This document shows positions 49,580 to 59,741 of a stretch of 64,000 bases of DNA, piece after piece; the first letter of the stretch is position 1; each line of letters opens with the position of its first letter. This DNA comes from a virus. The DNA lies in the IMG/VR virus record IMGVR_UViG_3300046314_000711; one strand, 5' to 3'. Below the pieces are notes generated by a model. It worked only from the letters and a program-made list of their open reading frames with translations, was not told the DNA's origin and did no database searches. Made by a program: the position numbers and the translations under genes.

Positions 49580-50163
49580 TGGATGCAATCAACCCAGGCC
49601 GCTTGCAATACTTTCCGGAGTATTATACTCAATTTGATTCTCCTGTTGTATGGGAAGAAAATACGTGCATCGATACAGTACTGTCCAGCAAGTATAAAGT
49701 GCAGTTGACATTAGATCAAGTTATCATAGATAATATTTTGGGGATTGTTCCGCATATTGCGATATGGGACGGGGTACAATTTATTGAACAAGTAGAGTGG
49801 ATTGGTAAACCATACGAATGGTTCGATGAACAGAAATCTGATATGGCTAACATCGTAGGGGCTTGTGCCAATGCGATTTTATCTGAAATTGATCACCAAA
49901 GTTGGCAATACATAGTTGCAATTTCCCCAATTGCTATGCGTGATGTCCCTACCAGTTTATTGCTTGAAGTAATACGAAAACGAAAAGGAATGGGGATAAA
50001 TGATTATGAAACATCAACTACACGATATGTAGGCGCTGCCAAAAATAGTGCCCCTGGTTTTGTGATTAGTGATCACCATCTACAAGGGATCGCCGCCCAA
50101 TATGATTCGACTTTCCAACCCAATTTATCTCAACCAAATCGCCCACGGTGGCGCATGTCGTAA
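49579..50163 (+). CDS. Hypothetical protein, distant family A member
   Basis: PVVWE, NIVGACANA, WQYIVA. Confidence 0.6.
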   Translation: MDAINPGRLQYFPEYYTQFDSPVVWEENTCIDTVLSSKYKVQLTLDQVIIDNILGIVPHIAIWDGVQFIEQVEWIGKPYEWFDEQKSDMANIVGACANAILSEIDHQSWQYIVAISPIAMRDVPTSLLLEVIRKRKGMGINDYETSTTRYVGAAKNSAPGFVISDHHLQGIAAQYDSTFQPNLSQPNRPRWRMS

Positions 50164-50177
50164 TATTTTAGCGCACT

Positions 50178-50786
50178 ATGAACAACCCTTACTTCCCACC
50201 ATCCATCTACGGTCACGAGTACGATTTTCTTAAGCCTAAAGTCAAATCTGCAAAAGGGACAAAGCCTCCAAAAGACAAAAGACCAGTGAACTGGCGCGCT
50301 GGTAAAAAATGTACCTGTGCACTAGCTTGTATTACACCATCGGGGCGGGTGTTAATCTGCCACCCAACTAACGGTCCATTCAAATTCGGCTGGGGGTTTC
50401 CAAAGGGTATTAAGGATGATACCGATGCTGATGAAATCTCCGCCGCCCGCCGAGAACTGCGTGAAGAAACTGGAATAGACCTACCCGATGATATGCTGTA
50501 CATCAATTGTGGAACATTTGATTATACTAAGGAAAAGGTGTATCGTCTGTTTGCGGTGAAACTTGATTATGAAATTGACATCACTACACTGCACTGCGAA
50601 TCAATGTTTACAGATAAGGACGGTACTCAAAAACCCGAGATTGACAAATATGATCTTGTTAAGCTCGATCGTTGTTACAAAGATATGACGACAAAACAAT
50701 CCCTTGTGGTTAAGTCGTGTCTAGCAACACTCCGTGCTACATTGCGGGGTACTGCGAAAGACACTCGTGTCGATTGGGTACTATAA
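50178..50786 (+). CDS. NUDIX hydrolase
   Basis: WGFPKG...AARRELREETG. Confidence 0.88.
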   Translation: MNNPYFPPSIYGHEYDFLKPKVKSAKGTKPPKDKRPVNWRAGKKCTCALACITPSGRVLICHPTNGPFKFGWGFPKGIKDDTDADEISAARRELREETGIDLPDDMLYINCGTFDYTKEKVYRLFAVKLDYEIDITTLHCESMFTDKDGTQKPEIDKYDLVKLDRCYKDMTTKQSLVVKSCLATLRATLRGTAKDTRVDWVL

Positions 50787-52011
50787 GTATTCTCGTTGGA
50801 ACGGAGCACTACGAATGGCGACATATGAATGGACGACAGAGGATACCCAACTGTGGATACACGAGCAGTATCTGAAGCTAGAAGATATGCAGTACTATCT
50901 GAAGACCACAGTCGAGTGGTTGGAAGATAAAGGAATCACTGACAATAGGTTGGTATTTGTGTGCTCATTTATGACAATTATCTGGGTCAATCATCTACGT
51001 GGTATGTTGACGTCAAAGCGAGAAATATTTGAGATACTCGAAATTCCTCAGTGGGAGGATGTTAGTGATCAATTGTATATTCTCCCGAATGCATATGTTG
51101 CAATGAACTTGGAACACGAAGAACTTTTAGAGTTGGTTATTCGCAACAAAATTAAAATATGAACTTATTACCAATTACCCTTCAATCGCTCAGCACTCCA
51201 ACAGAACCTACCGATGAACGACGAATCTTAGAAATGTTAAATGAAGTGAATAGCGAGCTTGACAACTTACTGAGCCATTTGGATTCGATCCTTACTACTG
51301 ATACATCAAAATGAAGTTATCTAGTCAACTAACACAGTTGTATGAAGAAATGTGCGGTGCGTGCTCGTACGATGTTGTGGCGTGTGACGAAGCAGGGGAG
51401 CGATGTTTTAGCTGGGAGCCACAAGCAGTAGCATGGGACACGTGCGGTATAGTAGAAAAACACTTCTTCAACCCTGAAACTGGCAAATACAGTAGAGGAT
51501 ATGATGATGTCCGACAAAAACTCCGCGAAAGTTTAGCTGGATTAAATGACGCGCTCGACAAGCATGAAGACCCGTATCTTCAGGTACATGCTCAGTGGTG
51601 GGGTGCGATATGGGGCGCGCTGGCAGAAGAATCGAAGAAAAAATGAACGATTACTTTACTGTTGAAAATACTGGCTGGTCTGATGGTGTTAGCTGGTTTG
51701 AAGTTAAACAAAATCGCTTCGACGCCCGTTTTCCAACGTATGAGACCGCATTAGAGTATATTGAACGCAATTGCACGGACGACTCAGCCATACGATGGCG
51801 AATCGCTCACATCGTCGTGATACACTTTGAGGATGGGTTTACCGTGACGACAAAATATACGGAGATCAAATGATTGAAATAATTATTCGTGGTCCTAGTG
51901 GTGCAGTCTCCATCGACCGAACTAAAGATTCGGCAATTTCCCGCCGCTCAAACTAAATGAAATACTAGAAGGTGTGTGCATCAAGCAACAAATGGTCGAT
52001 CAAATTAAAAG

Positions 52012-52040
52012 TTGACCACTTATATTGAGGTGGTTAAAGT
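52012..52040 (+). promoter_or_regulatory. Sigma70-type promoter of the amber operon
   Basis: TTGACC-17-TAAAGT. Confidence 0.65.
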
Positions 52041-52078
52041 AAAAGCATATATACATTCATCAACCAAAGGATTTTAAA

Positions 52079-52438
52079 ATGTTGTAGATTTCTCACAAAA
52101 CATACTGCTACGTGTTCATCCGGACGGATATTCCATTAGCACAGCAAATCGTGCAGGCGAATCACTCGACCCTTCACGCTGGTCTTTTAGCCGGGCAATC
52201 CGGTCATAGTTATACACAGACCCCTTCTATAGTTTTATTACAGATTTCGAACGAAGCAAAGCTACTCAAAGCTCACGCTCGCATCACGTCCCTCAGGATT
52301 CCATGTGAGATTTTCTTCGAACCAGATGGCGAAGCTCTTGGATACGAGTCTTCGTTTACCTCTTTTGCTACTATTCCTGTGGCAGAAGAACTTCGCGCCG
52401 AGTTTCGGCAATATAGACTTTGGAGATCCCCACTATGA
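52079..52438 (+). CDS. Peptidyl-tRNA hydrolase (PTH2-like) with in-frame TAG at codon 3
   Basis: AAAGGA RBS, then ATG TTG TAG ATT in frame with YVFIRTDI..AQQIVQANH...FFEPD...TSFAT.P. Confidence 0.8.
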
Positions 52439-52740
52439 CTACTACCCTAACTACACTACCAGCTTTTGCAACCATGGATGACTACAAAACATGGAGAGCA
52501 GCATGGAGAGCAGAATACGCTCAACTAACACTCGACATTCGTGTTGCAAAGATTAAGCTACGTAGCACTAACCGTGAATACTCTGCCACAGGTACATCTG
52601 CACTGTACATTGCTACTACCGCAGCTCGCTGCCAGGTAACGAGCCACAGCAAACGAGCTAATAAGGCGATTGACACTCGCCATGCTTCAAAAGTGCGTGC
52701 AGCAGAACTATATGCAGCTACGCACGTGGAGGTGGCATAA
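52435..52740 (+). CDS. Small basic helical hypothetical protein
   Basis: ATGA overlap, GGAG RBS; Y.TWRAAWRAEY..L...IR..K. Confidence 0.75.
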   Translation: MTTTLTTLPAFATMDDYKTWRAAWRAEYAQLTLDIRVAKIKLRSTNREYSATGTSALYIATTAARCQVTSHSKRANKAIDTRHASKVRAAELYAATHVEVA

Positions 52741-52741
52741 A

Positions 52742-53305
52742 ATGTGGTAGATTGACAAGACTGAGCTCGAAGCTCAAATGAGGACTTGTTTTCAGTTCAA
52801 GACGATCGATATGCTGGACCACGGAAACATGGTCCACGCAGCATACATGCAGATCGTTGGTGATATTGAAAATGACAATCTGTCCAAGTATCCAGCGTGT
52901 ACAGCGCAGATTTGGCACAAGTATCGAGCGACTTTGCCAAGCCTTGAAACAATCCGGTTGTACCATGTGTATCACGATTGTGGCAAGCACTTGTCACTGA
53001 CGATTGATAACGAAGGCCGCCGGCATTATCCAAACCATGCGGAGCACAGTTACCAGCTGTTCTCCAAGTACAATGATGATGTGGTGGCTGCTACACTTAT
53101 CAAACACGATATGCACCTGCACATACTGCGTGGTGAAGAGCTTTGTCAGTTCCTTAAATCATTCGACTACATTGGGATTTTGTGGCTGACTGCATCAGCA
53201 GAGTTGCATGCAAATGCGGAAATGTTTGGCGGTTATGACCAAACCTCTTTTAAGATAAAGTTGAAACAGATAGAGAAAGCAGGTAAGCGATTGCTTTCTA
53301 CGTAA
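52742..53305 (+). CDS. HD-domain phosphohydrolase with in-frame TAG at codon 3
   Basis: GGAGGTGG RBS, then ATG TGG TAG ATT in frame with YHDCGK...HYPNHAEHS...LIKHDM. Confidence 0.8.
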
Positions 53306-53310
53306 GATGC

Positions 53311-53384
53311 GCCCATGAAACTTTAAGGTGAAGTGTCAGTCTCTAAAACTGGAAAACTCGGCTCGGTACCGAGCATGGGCACCA
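53311..53384 (+). tRNA. Amber suppressor tRNA(CUA)
   Basis: GCCCATG/CATGGGC, ACTT/AAGT D-stem, TCAGT-CTCTAAA-ACTGG, CTCGG/CCGAG T-stem, ACCA. Confidence 0.88.
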
Positions 53385-53443
53385 AAGTACTCACCTGCGC
53401 ACGAATAGCGCACCACCCTCAATTATCAATGGAGACATTCTAT

Positions 53444-53869
53444 ATGCAAGACGTTAATCAACAACCAGTTAGTATCACCACCGCCACGTGGACCGCAACT
53501 CAGGTTCCGCATGTGTGGCAAACGGTGGATGGTAAATTTGTCTGGACAACCGAAACTGGGAGCTCTGGTGATGATATCCTATATCCAGATATTCCTGATG
53601 CAGTTCGTGCAATGAATGTCTACAACTTCTTTGTGTTGGAAGGTCTCGGAGAGCGTTTGCGCACAGAAGTATTCAATGTAACATTCAAAAAGTCTGACGG
53701 CACACTGCGAACAATGCGTTGCACTTCTAATCCATCAGCATTTCCAGTGCGCGAATCAACAGAACCCACAAAGGCTTCCAATCCTGATGTCCAGGTTGTG
53801 TTTGACCTCGATAAAAAAGCTATCCGGTCATTTCGACGGGATAGCATTGTGAGTTTTACAGTGGCTTAA
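53444..53869 (+). CDS. SH3/WYL_2-like (DUF2693-like) protein
   Basis: VTFKKSDGTLRTMRCT...VFDLDKKAIRSFR. Confidence 0.7.
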   Translation: MQDVNQQPVSITTATWTATQVPHVWQTVDGKFVWTTETGSSGDDILYPDIPDAVRAMNVYNFFVLEGLGERLRTEVFNVTFKKSDGTLRTMRCTSNPSAFPVRESTEPTKASNPDVQVVFDLDKKAIRSFRRDSIVSFTVA

Positions 53870-53874
53870 CAGGT

Positions 53875-54216
53875 TTATGCTGCTGGCGAGATAATACGTG
53901 TGCGGAGGTTGGTGATTTTGTCATCGACCTCTTTCACTTTTGCATACTCGAATGATGTTGGATCGAGAGTGCTTAGCAAAAAGATTCTAAGAACCCGAGG
54001 TAGGAGAGACTGCTCTTCAATCTGCTTAATCTCAGCCTGTGCCATGCTCGAATCTAGTAGCGACAGTGTAGTACTATCCTTCGGAGTGTTTGTAATCGTA
54101 TACACTCCGTTGTCAAGGGTCTGCGATACCCAGAAGTAACGATTGTAGTCGATCCTGTGCTTGAGGTGATTAGTATTTTGCCAGCCATTTGAATAATTCC
54201 TGTATGTTATGCGCAA
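53875..54216 (-). CDS. Putative tail-fibre assembly protein
   Basis: Coupled downstream of the fibre gene; C-terminal coiled segment. Confidence 0.45.
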   Translation of the reverse strand: MRITYRNYSNGWQNTNHLKHRIDYNRYFWVSQTLDNGVYTITNTPKDSTTLSLLDSSMAQAEIKQIEEQSLLPRVLRIFLLSTLDPTSFEYAKVKEVDDKITNLRTRIISPAA

Positions 54217-55637
54217 CGGTTTGCGACTTCTACTTGCATCTTTTCGACATCACAGCGTTCTGCAAATATGTGGTAATAGCAATTGATTGCTCCAGTATTT
54301 GCACTATTGATGATGAATATCTTATTATCCCAAACGCCAGCGACGATCAAATCCTGTGGGGCGCCAATTGCAGTCAAGCTAACCGTGATCGATTCTGGGT
54401 CTACTAACTTAGTCCAATATTCAGGTAACTCAATTACACTAGATGTTGTCTTACCGCGGACATACACACCATTTTCTCCTCCCTCTAACGATCCATGGCG
54501 CAACATCATATCAGGCTTGGTTGGATGCGGTATCAAGAAGTTTTTCGTTGTAGCGCTCAATGTACCAACAATCGTTAAGTCACCAGACATTGTATCACCA
54601 GTCTTGCTTACGAATCCAGACGTCGTTGCATCGGTAACAATTGATGTTGTTACTCCATTGATACGTCCGTACAATCCTGTTGTAGTTGTCCAGAGATCTC
54701 CATCTAACGGAGTGGTTGGTGCTACCCCGTGTGGTAATCGTATGGATGTGACAGATAGTGATCCGGATGCATCACGGCTAGCAATTGTGTTCGCAGTATT
54801 GCTCGCTGTTGCATTAGAAGATACGTAAGCAACCCCTCCGACTGCACTAGTGGAAAGTCCAACGCCAGACACACCAATCTCTGCAATGCCGGCTGATTGA
54901 GTCGATGTTGTTGTAATTGCCAAATTAGCCGAACCGTCAAATATAGCAGTACCAGTCACAGCACCTGTTAGCGTAATTGTGCGTGGCGTAAGTAGTTTGG
55001 ATGCTGTCGTTGCGTTCCCTACTAGTGCACTGGTTACAGTTGTAGCAGTGATATTATTAGCAGAAAAACTTCCAGATGCATCGCGGCTAACAATTGTATT
55101 CACAACATTAGTTGCAGTCGCGTTTGACGAAATAGTGGCTGTAGTTCCAACAACACTTGCTGTAAGACCATTACCAGTTACATCGATTGTTCCTATGTAT
55201 GTTTGTGCACCTGCAGCTGTTGTTGCAATTGTTAAATTAGTTGAACCATCAAATGTAGCAGTACCAGTTACAGCACCTGTTAGAGCTATTGTTCGAGGAG
55301 TGAATAACCGAGATGCTGTCGTGGCGTTTCCGGCAACATTCCCTGTTAGTGATGTGGCAGTAATCACATTGGCTGCAAAGTTACCAGTAGCGTTTCGCAA
55401 TACAATCGAATCACCTACGTTGGATGAACTGGCGGCGGCTGGAGCAGTTCCAAGCGCTACCCAAGTGATAGGCGAGGCGCTGGTTAGAATCCAAAACGTA
55501 TTCGTGTCGATTTCCCAAGCCACTTTACCACAATCACTCAGTGCCAGTGTCGTCATAGCACCCCGTGCCGCAGAGTTGGAAAATTCCCACTTGTAAAAAG
55601 GGTGGTTATCAGATGGCAGTAAACGGGAATGAAGCAT
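54207..55637 (-). CDS. Tail fibre protein with C-terminal chaperone-like domain
   Basis: GNATTA..L.TPRTI repeats, RDASG repeats, KNFLIPHP...LEG; TATAAATA upstream. Confidence 0.8.
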   Translation of the reverse strand: MLHSRLLPSDNHPFYKWEFSNSAARGAMTTLALSDCGKVAWEIDTNTFWILTSASPITWVALGTAPAAASSSNVGDSIVLRNATGNFAANVITATSLTGNVAGNATTASRLFTPRTIALTGAVTGTATFDGSTNLTIATTAAGAQTYIGTIDVTGNGLTASVVGTTATISSNATATNVVNTIVSRDASGSFSANNITATTVTSALVGNATTASKLLTPRTITLTGAVTGTAIFDGSANLAITTTSTQSAGIAEIGVSGVGLSTSAVGGVAYVSSNATASNTANTIASRDASGSLSVTSIRLPHGVAPTTPLDGDLWTTTTGLYGRINGVTTSIVTDATTSGFVSKTGDTMSGDLTIVGTLSATTKNFLIPHPTKPDMMLRHGSLEGGENGVYVRGKTTSSVIELPEYWTKLVDPESITVSLTAIGAPQDLIVAGVWDNKIFIINSANTGAINCYYHIFAERCDVEKMQVEVANRCA

Positions 55638-56396
55638 ATTGCACCAGCTTTTGATCAGTCGTAGTGGCTATTTATACCGAGGGTACTTGTGGTTGAGCCC
55701 ATTTACCAAATTCACTATATTAGACAACACGCTTCACTACTTTAAAGCAAAATTTATGACAACAATTGCTCAACAAATCGCAAATCTCCGCGCCGCATTG
55801 TTCCAACGAGACTGTACAATGGAATATGTTGACGACGTTCAGAATGGTGTCATTGCGACCCTAAATCAACAATGGGTTCCACTGACTGCAGAACAACAAG
55901 CTGCAAACTCTGCTGCACAATGACTGATATCATCCAAACGAAATCTATGAACGGAGTCGTGTTCACTCTCGGACAATCTGTTCTGCGTCCGCTAGTACAC
56001 GGACGTAGTGCATTCATTGAACAACGAACTGTCACACGGATTGAAAACGGTCGCCTGTACCTCGACAACAGCAAGGTAGCAATCAACTGTCCAGAAAGAC
56101 TGTGGGTACTTTAATGCTAAATGAAATGATGCAAAATCGCATTGCAGCACTTGTGGTTGCAGTGCACGAAACTGAATACTACACCAACCTATTCGAGCGT
56201 GTATGTGGACCCGCTACGTATCACCTACACACAAATCCGAATGCAATTTCATTGCTGAATAACTTTTGGTTCGCTTTACCAGATAGCAAGTCTATCCGCA
56301 CGCCAGTGTTCTTTCAATTGTGTAACATTATTGAAGATGCAGGTGAGGTTGATGAATACGACGACCGGTACAGTGCACCATTCTAATTTACAACAT

Positions 56397-57143
56397 ATGA
56401 AAAACCTAATTAAAAAACTCTGGACACGCAATGGGACTCCACTGCACAAATCCGTCAAGTGGGTGGTACAGGATCAGTACAGCAAGCTCGTGCGCGATAT
56501 CGAAATTCGACTAGTGAAATGGCAGGGTGGGTATAAGTGCGTTGATTGTGGTACGACTGATACGCGGTTCAAATCCGGTCTGTATGAAGGTAATGTCAAC
56601 GGCAAACGAATGATGGTTCAGTACACTGGAGGATACTATCATTCAATTGGTAAAACATTGTGTCCACACTGTTTGTTTGATCGCATTGAGCAATACTGGT
56701 GGGATCAACCTCCGCTGGCTCCGTCTGTGTTTGGCGATGATAACTATGCATTTACAAAAGACGAAGGTCCGTATCTATCGAACACATCCAGTGGAGTGTA
56801 TCCTGGTAAGTGCTATTGGTATGGGGATGACTTATATGTTGCAGAGGGTATACGAGATTGGGATAATCCTGGTGCTAAAAAATACTTTGGGAAAGCTGTG
56901 GTCATGTTTGGTGGAGAGCACTGGAACGGTCACGCTACTAGCTTACATGCGCTACAACAGCTACTAACAAAGACGGGTGTACTCAAGACGAACCGTTTAG
57001 TAAATTCGAAAATGACTGTTGAAGGTGCTAGTGCTATGGGTGTGCATATCCGAATGCACTCAACGCAGTATACAGACGGCTGCGTTACTGGTGATGCTCA
57101 ACCAGTAACTGAAATCATACAAAAGGTGAGACGAGATGACTGA
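56397..57143 (+). CDS. Hypothetical protein with CxxC motifs
   Basis: CVDCG and LCPHC. Confidence 0.6.
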   Translation: MKNLIKKLWTRNGTPLHKSVKWVVQDQYSKLVRDIEIRLVKWQGGYKCVDCGTTDTRFKSGLYEGNVNGKRMMVQYTGGYYHSIGKTLCPHCLFDRIEQYWWDQPPLAPSVFGDDNYAFTKDEGPYLSNTSSGVYPGKCYWYGDDLYVAEGIRDWDNPGAKKYFGKAVVMFGGEHWNGHATSLHALQQLLTKTGVLKTNRLVNSKMTVEGASAMGVHIRMHSTQYTDGCVTGDAQPVTEIIQKVRRDD

Positions 57144-58054
57144 ACACGAATATACTGCTTTTAAGTTTGCTGTAGTTAATCAACGCGCGATCATAGCAGC
57201 CAAGCAAGCACTTGCAGATGAGCAGCGGGAAGTACTGAAGACAATGTTGGAAGATTGTCCGCACACCGAACTGAAACGTGAAAGTTCGTACTACGAAGGC
57301 GACTACTACAACAAAGCTCACACAGAGAGTTGGAACGCCTGTACACTTTGTGGTAAGTGTAGTGAAAAAACCTTTGAGCAACTAAGTTATTACGGTTGAC
57401 CGTATGTTGCAAACACAATAACTACATTGGATAGTGTATACAAATCTCACAACACCTGTGAGTTGTTTTACAAATTTTAGGAGTACACTCAAATGAACTG
57501 TTGTGATGATTTCGGAAACTGCACTCAAGGTCGTAACTGCCCAATACGGAATGCTGCAATCGAACGACGCAATCAGCAATTAGCGGCTGATATGCAGACT
57601 CAGACAGAGCGGTATGTATCTTGGATTTCAGACAAAGGTCTTGGAATGCTGATGTGTTTGGGAAGCAGTGTCTTTGTTAGTTCCATGATTGTACTAGGTG
57701 TAGTGGTAGCATTTAGTAGTTGACCTTTTTGATTAAATAGGGTATAATAACCCTATTGACAAACAAATAGGAGTTCAAGATGGCACGCTTTGAAGCAGTA
57801 TTTGACTGTGGGGATGACGATCGTCTTGCAGAGTGGAAAGTAGTTGAGTGGACCTACGATGATGGTTACGGAAACCGCTTTGGTAGCAAAGTTGCACCCG
57901 CTAACAATAAGTTGGATGCACAGCAGCAAGCTGCTATCCTCAACGCCGCACTGGAAGTTGAGTTAAATGGTATGCAAGAATGTGAGTTTGATTGTTGACT
58001 TTTTGCTAAATAGGTATACAATATACAGTATCGCAACCAAAATAGACCCTGATT

Positions 58055-58303
58055 ATGATCGCACATACCATCCAAGAACTCTCTCGTATCATGTGGGAAA
58101 TAGACCCGATGCATACATCATGTTGGGGTAATCCAGGAATGGAGAATGAGTATGAGAAGATTGCTGGGTATGCAATTCAGTTATCTGCTACCATGAGCAA
58201 TGAGGAAGCGTTGAAAAAATCAATCATCGACTGGTTTGATGAATATCTGTATAATTATCACAAGGATGATATTCTAAAATGTCTATATTACAAGAAGCCC
58301 TAA
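58055..58303 (+). CDS. Hypothetical protein, paralog of 58671-58919
   Basis: Shared ELSR...DPM...ME.EY..IA...WFDEYL. Confidence 0.7.
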   Translation: MIAHTIQELSRIMWEIDPMHTSCWGNPGMENEYEKIAGYAIQLSATMSNEEALKKSIIDWFDEYLYNYHKDDILKCLYYKKP

Positions 58304-58671
58304 ACGATTTATCTGCCGCAAACTACACACCCGGACAAAGCGCTGCTGTCAACACTGTCGATGGTTGGCAAATTGTTAAATCAGGCCACGGTTTAGAGCG
58401 TAATGTCGAGCGCTCTGCTGAGCACCAAATTGATGAACTCATTGCGCGAATAGTCAAGCGCTTAAAATCTCCACTACAGCGGATCACTCGGTCTGGCTTG
58501 TATATGTTTTTTTCCAAGGGTTTAAATCGCGGTGCGATTTGTAATATTGACTTCGCAGCCCCACAGTTGCGAATTGTAACAATTCTCGACCCGGGACACG
58601 ACTGGGCTCGACCTGATACTAAAAAAGTATTTATCGAGGGTGTCGCACCTATAATGATTGAAATCGATTAA
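58279..58671 (+). CDS. Hypothetical protein, possibly a BECR/RelE-like RNase
   Basis: GHGLER..ER near the N-terminus and RIVTIL strand. Confidence 0.4.
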   Translation: MSILQEALNDLSAANYTPGQSAAVNTVDGWQIVKSGHGLERNVERSAEHQIDELIARIVKRLKSPLQRITRSGLYMFFSKGLNRGAICNIDFAAPQLRIVTILDPGHDWARPDTKKVFIEGVAPIMIEID

Positions 58672-58919
58672 TGATGCACGCCAACGTGAAAGAACTTTCG
58701 CGACTTTTACACGATGCTGACCCAATGGGTACTTGCTGCAATGTTAACTCAGATATGGAGGACGAATATGATCAGATTGCGTCCACGATACTCGAGTATG
58801 CCGAACACATGAGTGACTCGGCAGCAGTAGAAAAAGCGATTGTATACTGGTTTGATGAATATTTGTTTAATCGCCACAAAAAAGAACTTCTCCACTGCAT
58901 CCCATCTAACGAATTTTAA
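58671..58919 (+). CDS. Hypothetical protein, paralog of 58055-58303
   Basis: Same motifs as 58055. Confidence 0.7.
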   Translation: MMHANVKELSRLLHDADPMGTCCNVNSDMEDEYDQIASTILEYAEHMSDSAAVEKAIVYWFDEYLFNRHKKELLHCIPSNEF

Positions 58920-59207
58920 CAACCTGAAAGTCTAAACTGTTTATTACTATTCTCGAAGTGGTTGCACTAACTGCAGTTGCTGCCATTGCTTTTGTTGCAT
59001 TTGCTACAGTGTGGTTGTACAGCATCTTTGCACTATTCGGTGTGGTTGCACTACTTGGTTTAATATGGTTGGGTAACGCTCGCTTCAGTGTGACTCATAA
59101 TGGAGTAAAAGTAGGCACATACACTCGTAAGGGTGGATTTCGCGAACTCTAACTGTTGACCTTTTCCTTATTTTGTGGATAATAGGGGCATCTAAGGAGA
59201 AATCGAT

Positions 59208-59675
59208 ATGTCTACCACAAATAAGATGTTTGCAAAAATGCTCAACGATGCTATTGTAATCGCTACAAACGCACACGCTAGTCAATTCGACAAAGGTGGA
59301 AATCCCTACATTTTGCATGTGCTTGCTGTGATGCACAAACTTCGGTCTGATGATCTTGAATTGAAATCCATTGCTGCTCTGCACGACACCATAGAAGATA
59401 CGGATGTTACATACGCAGATCTGCGAGCAGCAGGGATGAGCGAACGAGTTATCGACGGGGTTCGTGCGTTGACAAAACAACGCGGTCAGACTTATGAAGA
59501 GTACAAAGCTGGGGTGTTTGGAAATGTGGATGCGATGCGAGTAAAACAAAAAGACCTAATGCACAATAGCGACATTCGTCGGTTGAAAGGTGTCAGTGAA
59601 AAAGACATCGCTCGGGTTGCAAAATACATGCAATTTTATACCGAAATTGATGCAAAGTTGAAAGAAGTAGCGTGA
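59208..59675 (+). CDS. Small HD hydrolase, (p)ppGpp hydrolase (SpoT/Mesh1)-like
   Basis: AHASQFDKGGNPYILH, ALHDTIEDT, VK.KD..HN; own promoter at 59156. Confidence 0.8.
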   Translation: MSTTNKMFAKMLNDAIVIATNAHASQFDKGGNPYILHVLAVMHKLRSDDLELKSIAALHDTIEDTDVTYADLRAAGMSERVIDGVRALTKQRGQTYEEYKAGVFGNVDAMRVKQKDLMHNSDIRRLKGVSEKDIARVAKYMQFYTEIDAKLKEVA

Positions 59676-59741
59676 CCATCACAATCCCAATAGCACTCAT
59701 ACTCTGTGTGAGTGTTTCTCTAATTGTTTTAAAGAAGTAAT

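Noticed and set aside
54283-55596. Plus-strand ORFs of 181 and 205 aa
   Set aside because: Antisense shadows of the repetitive tail-fibre gene.
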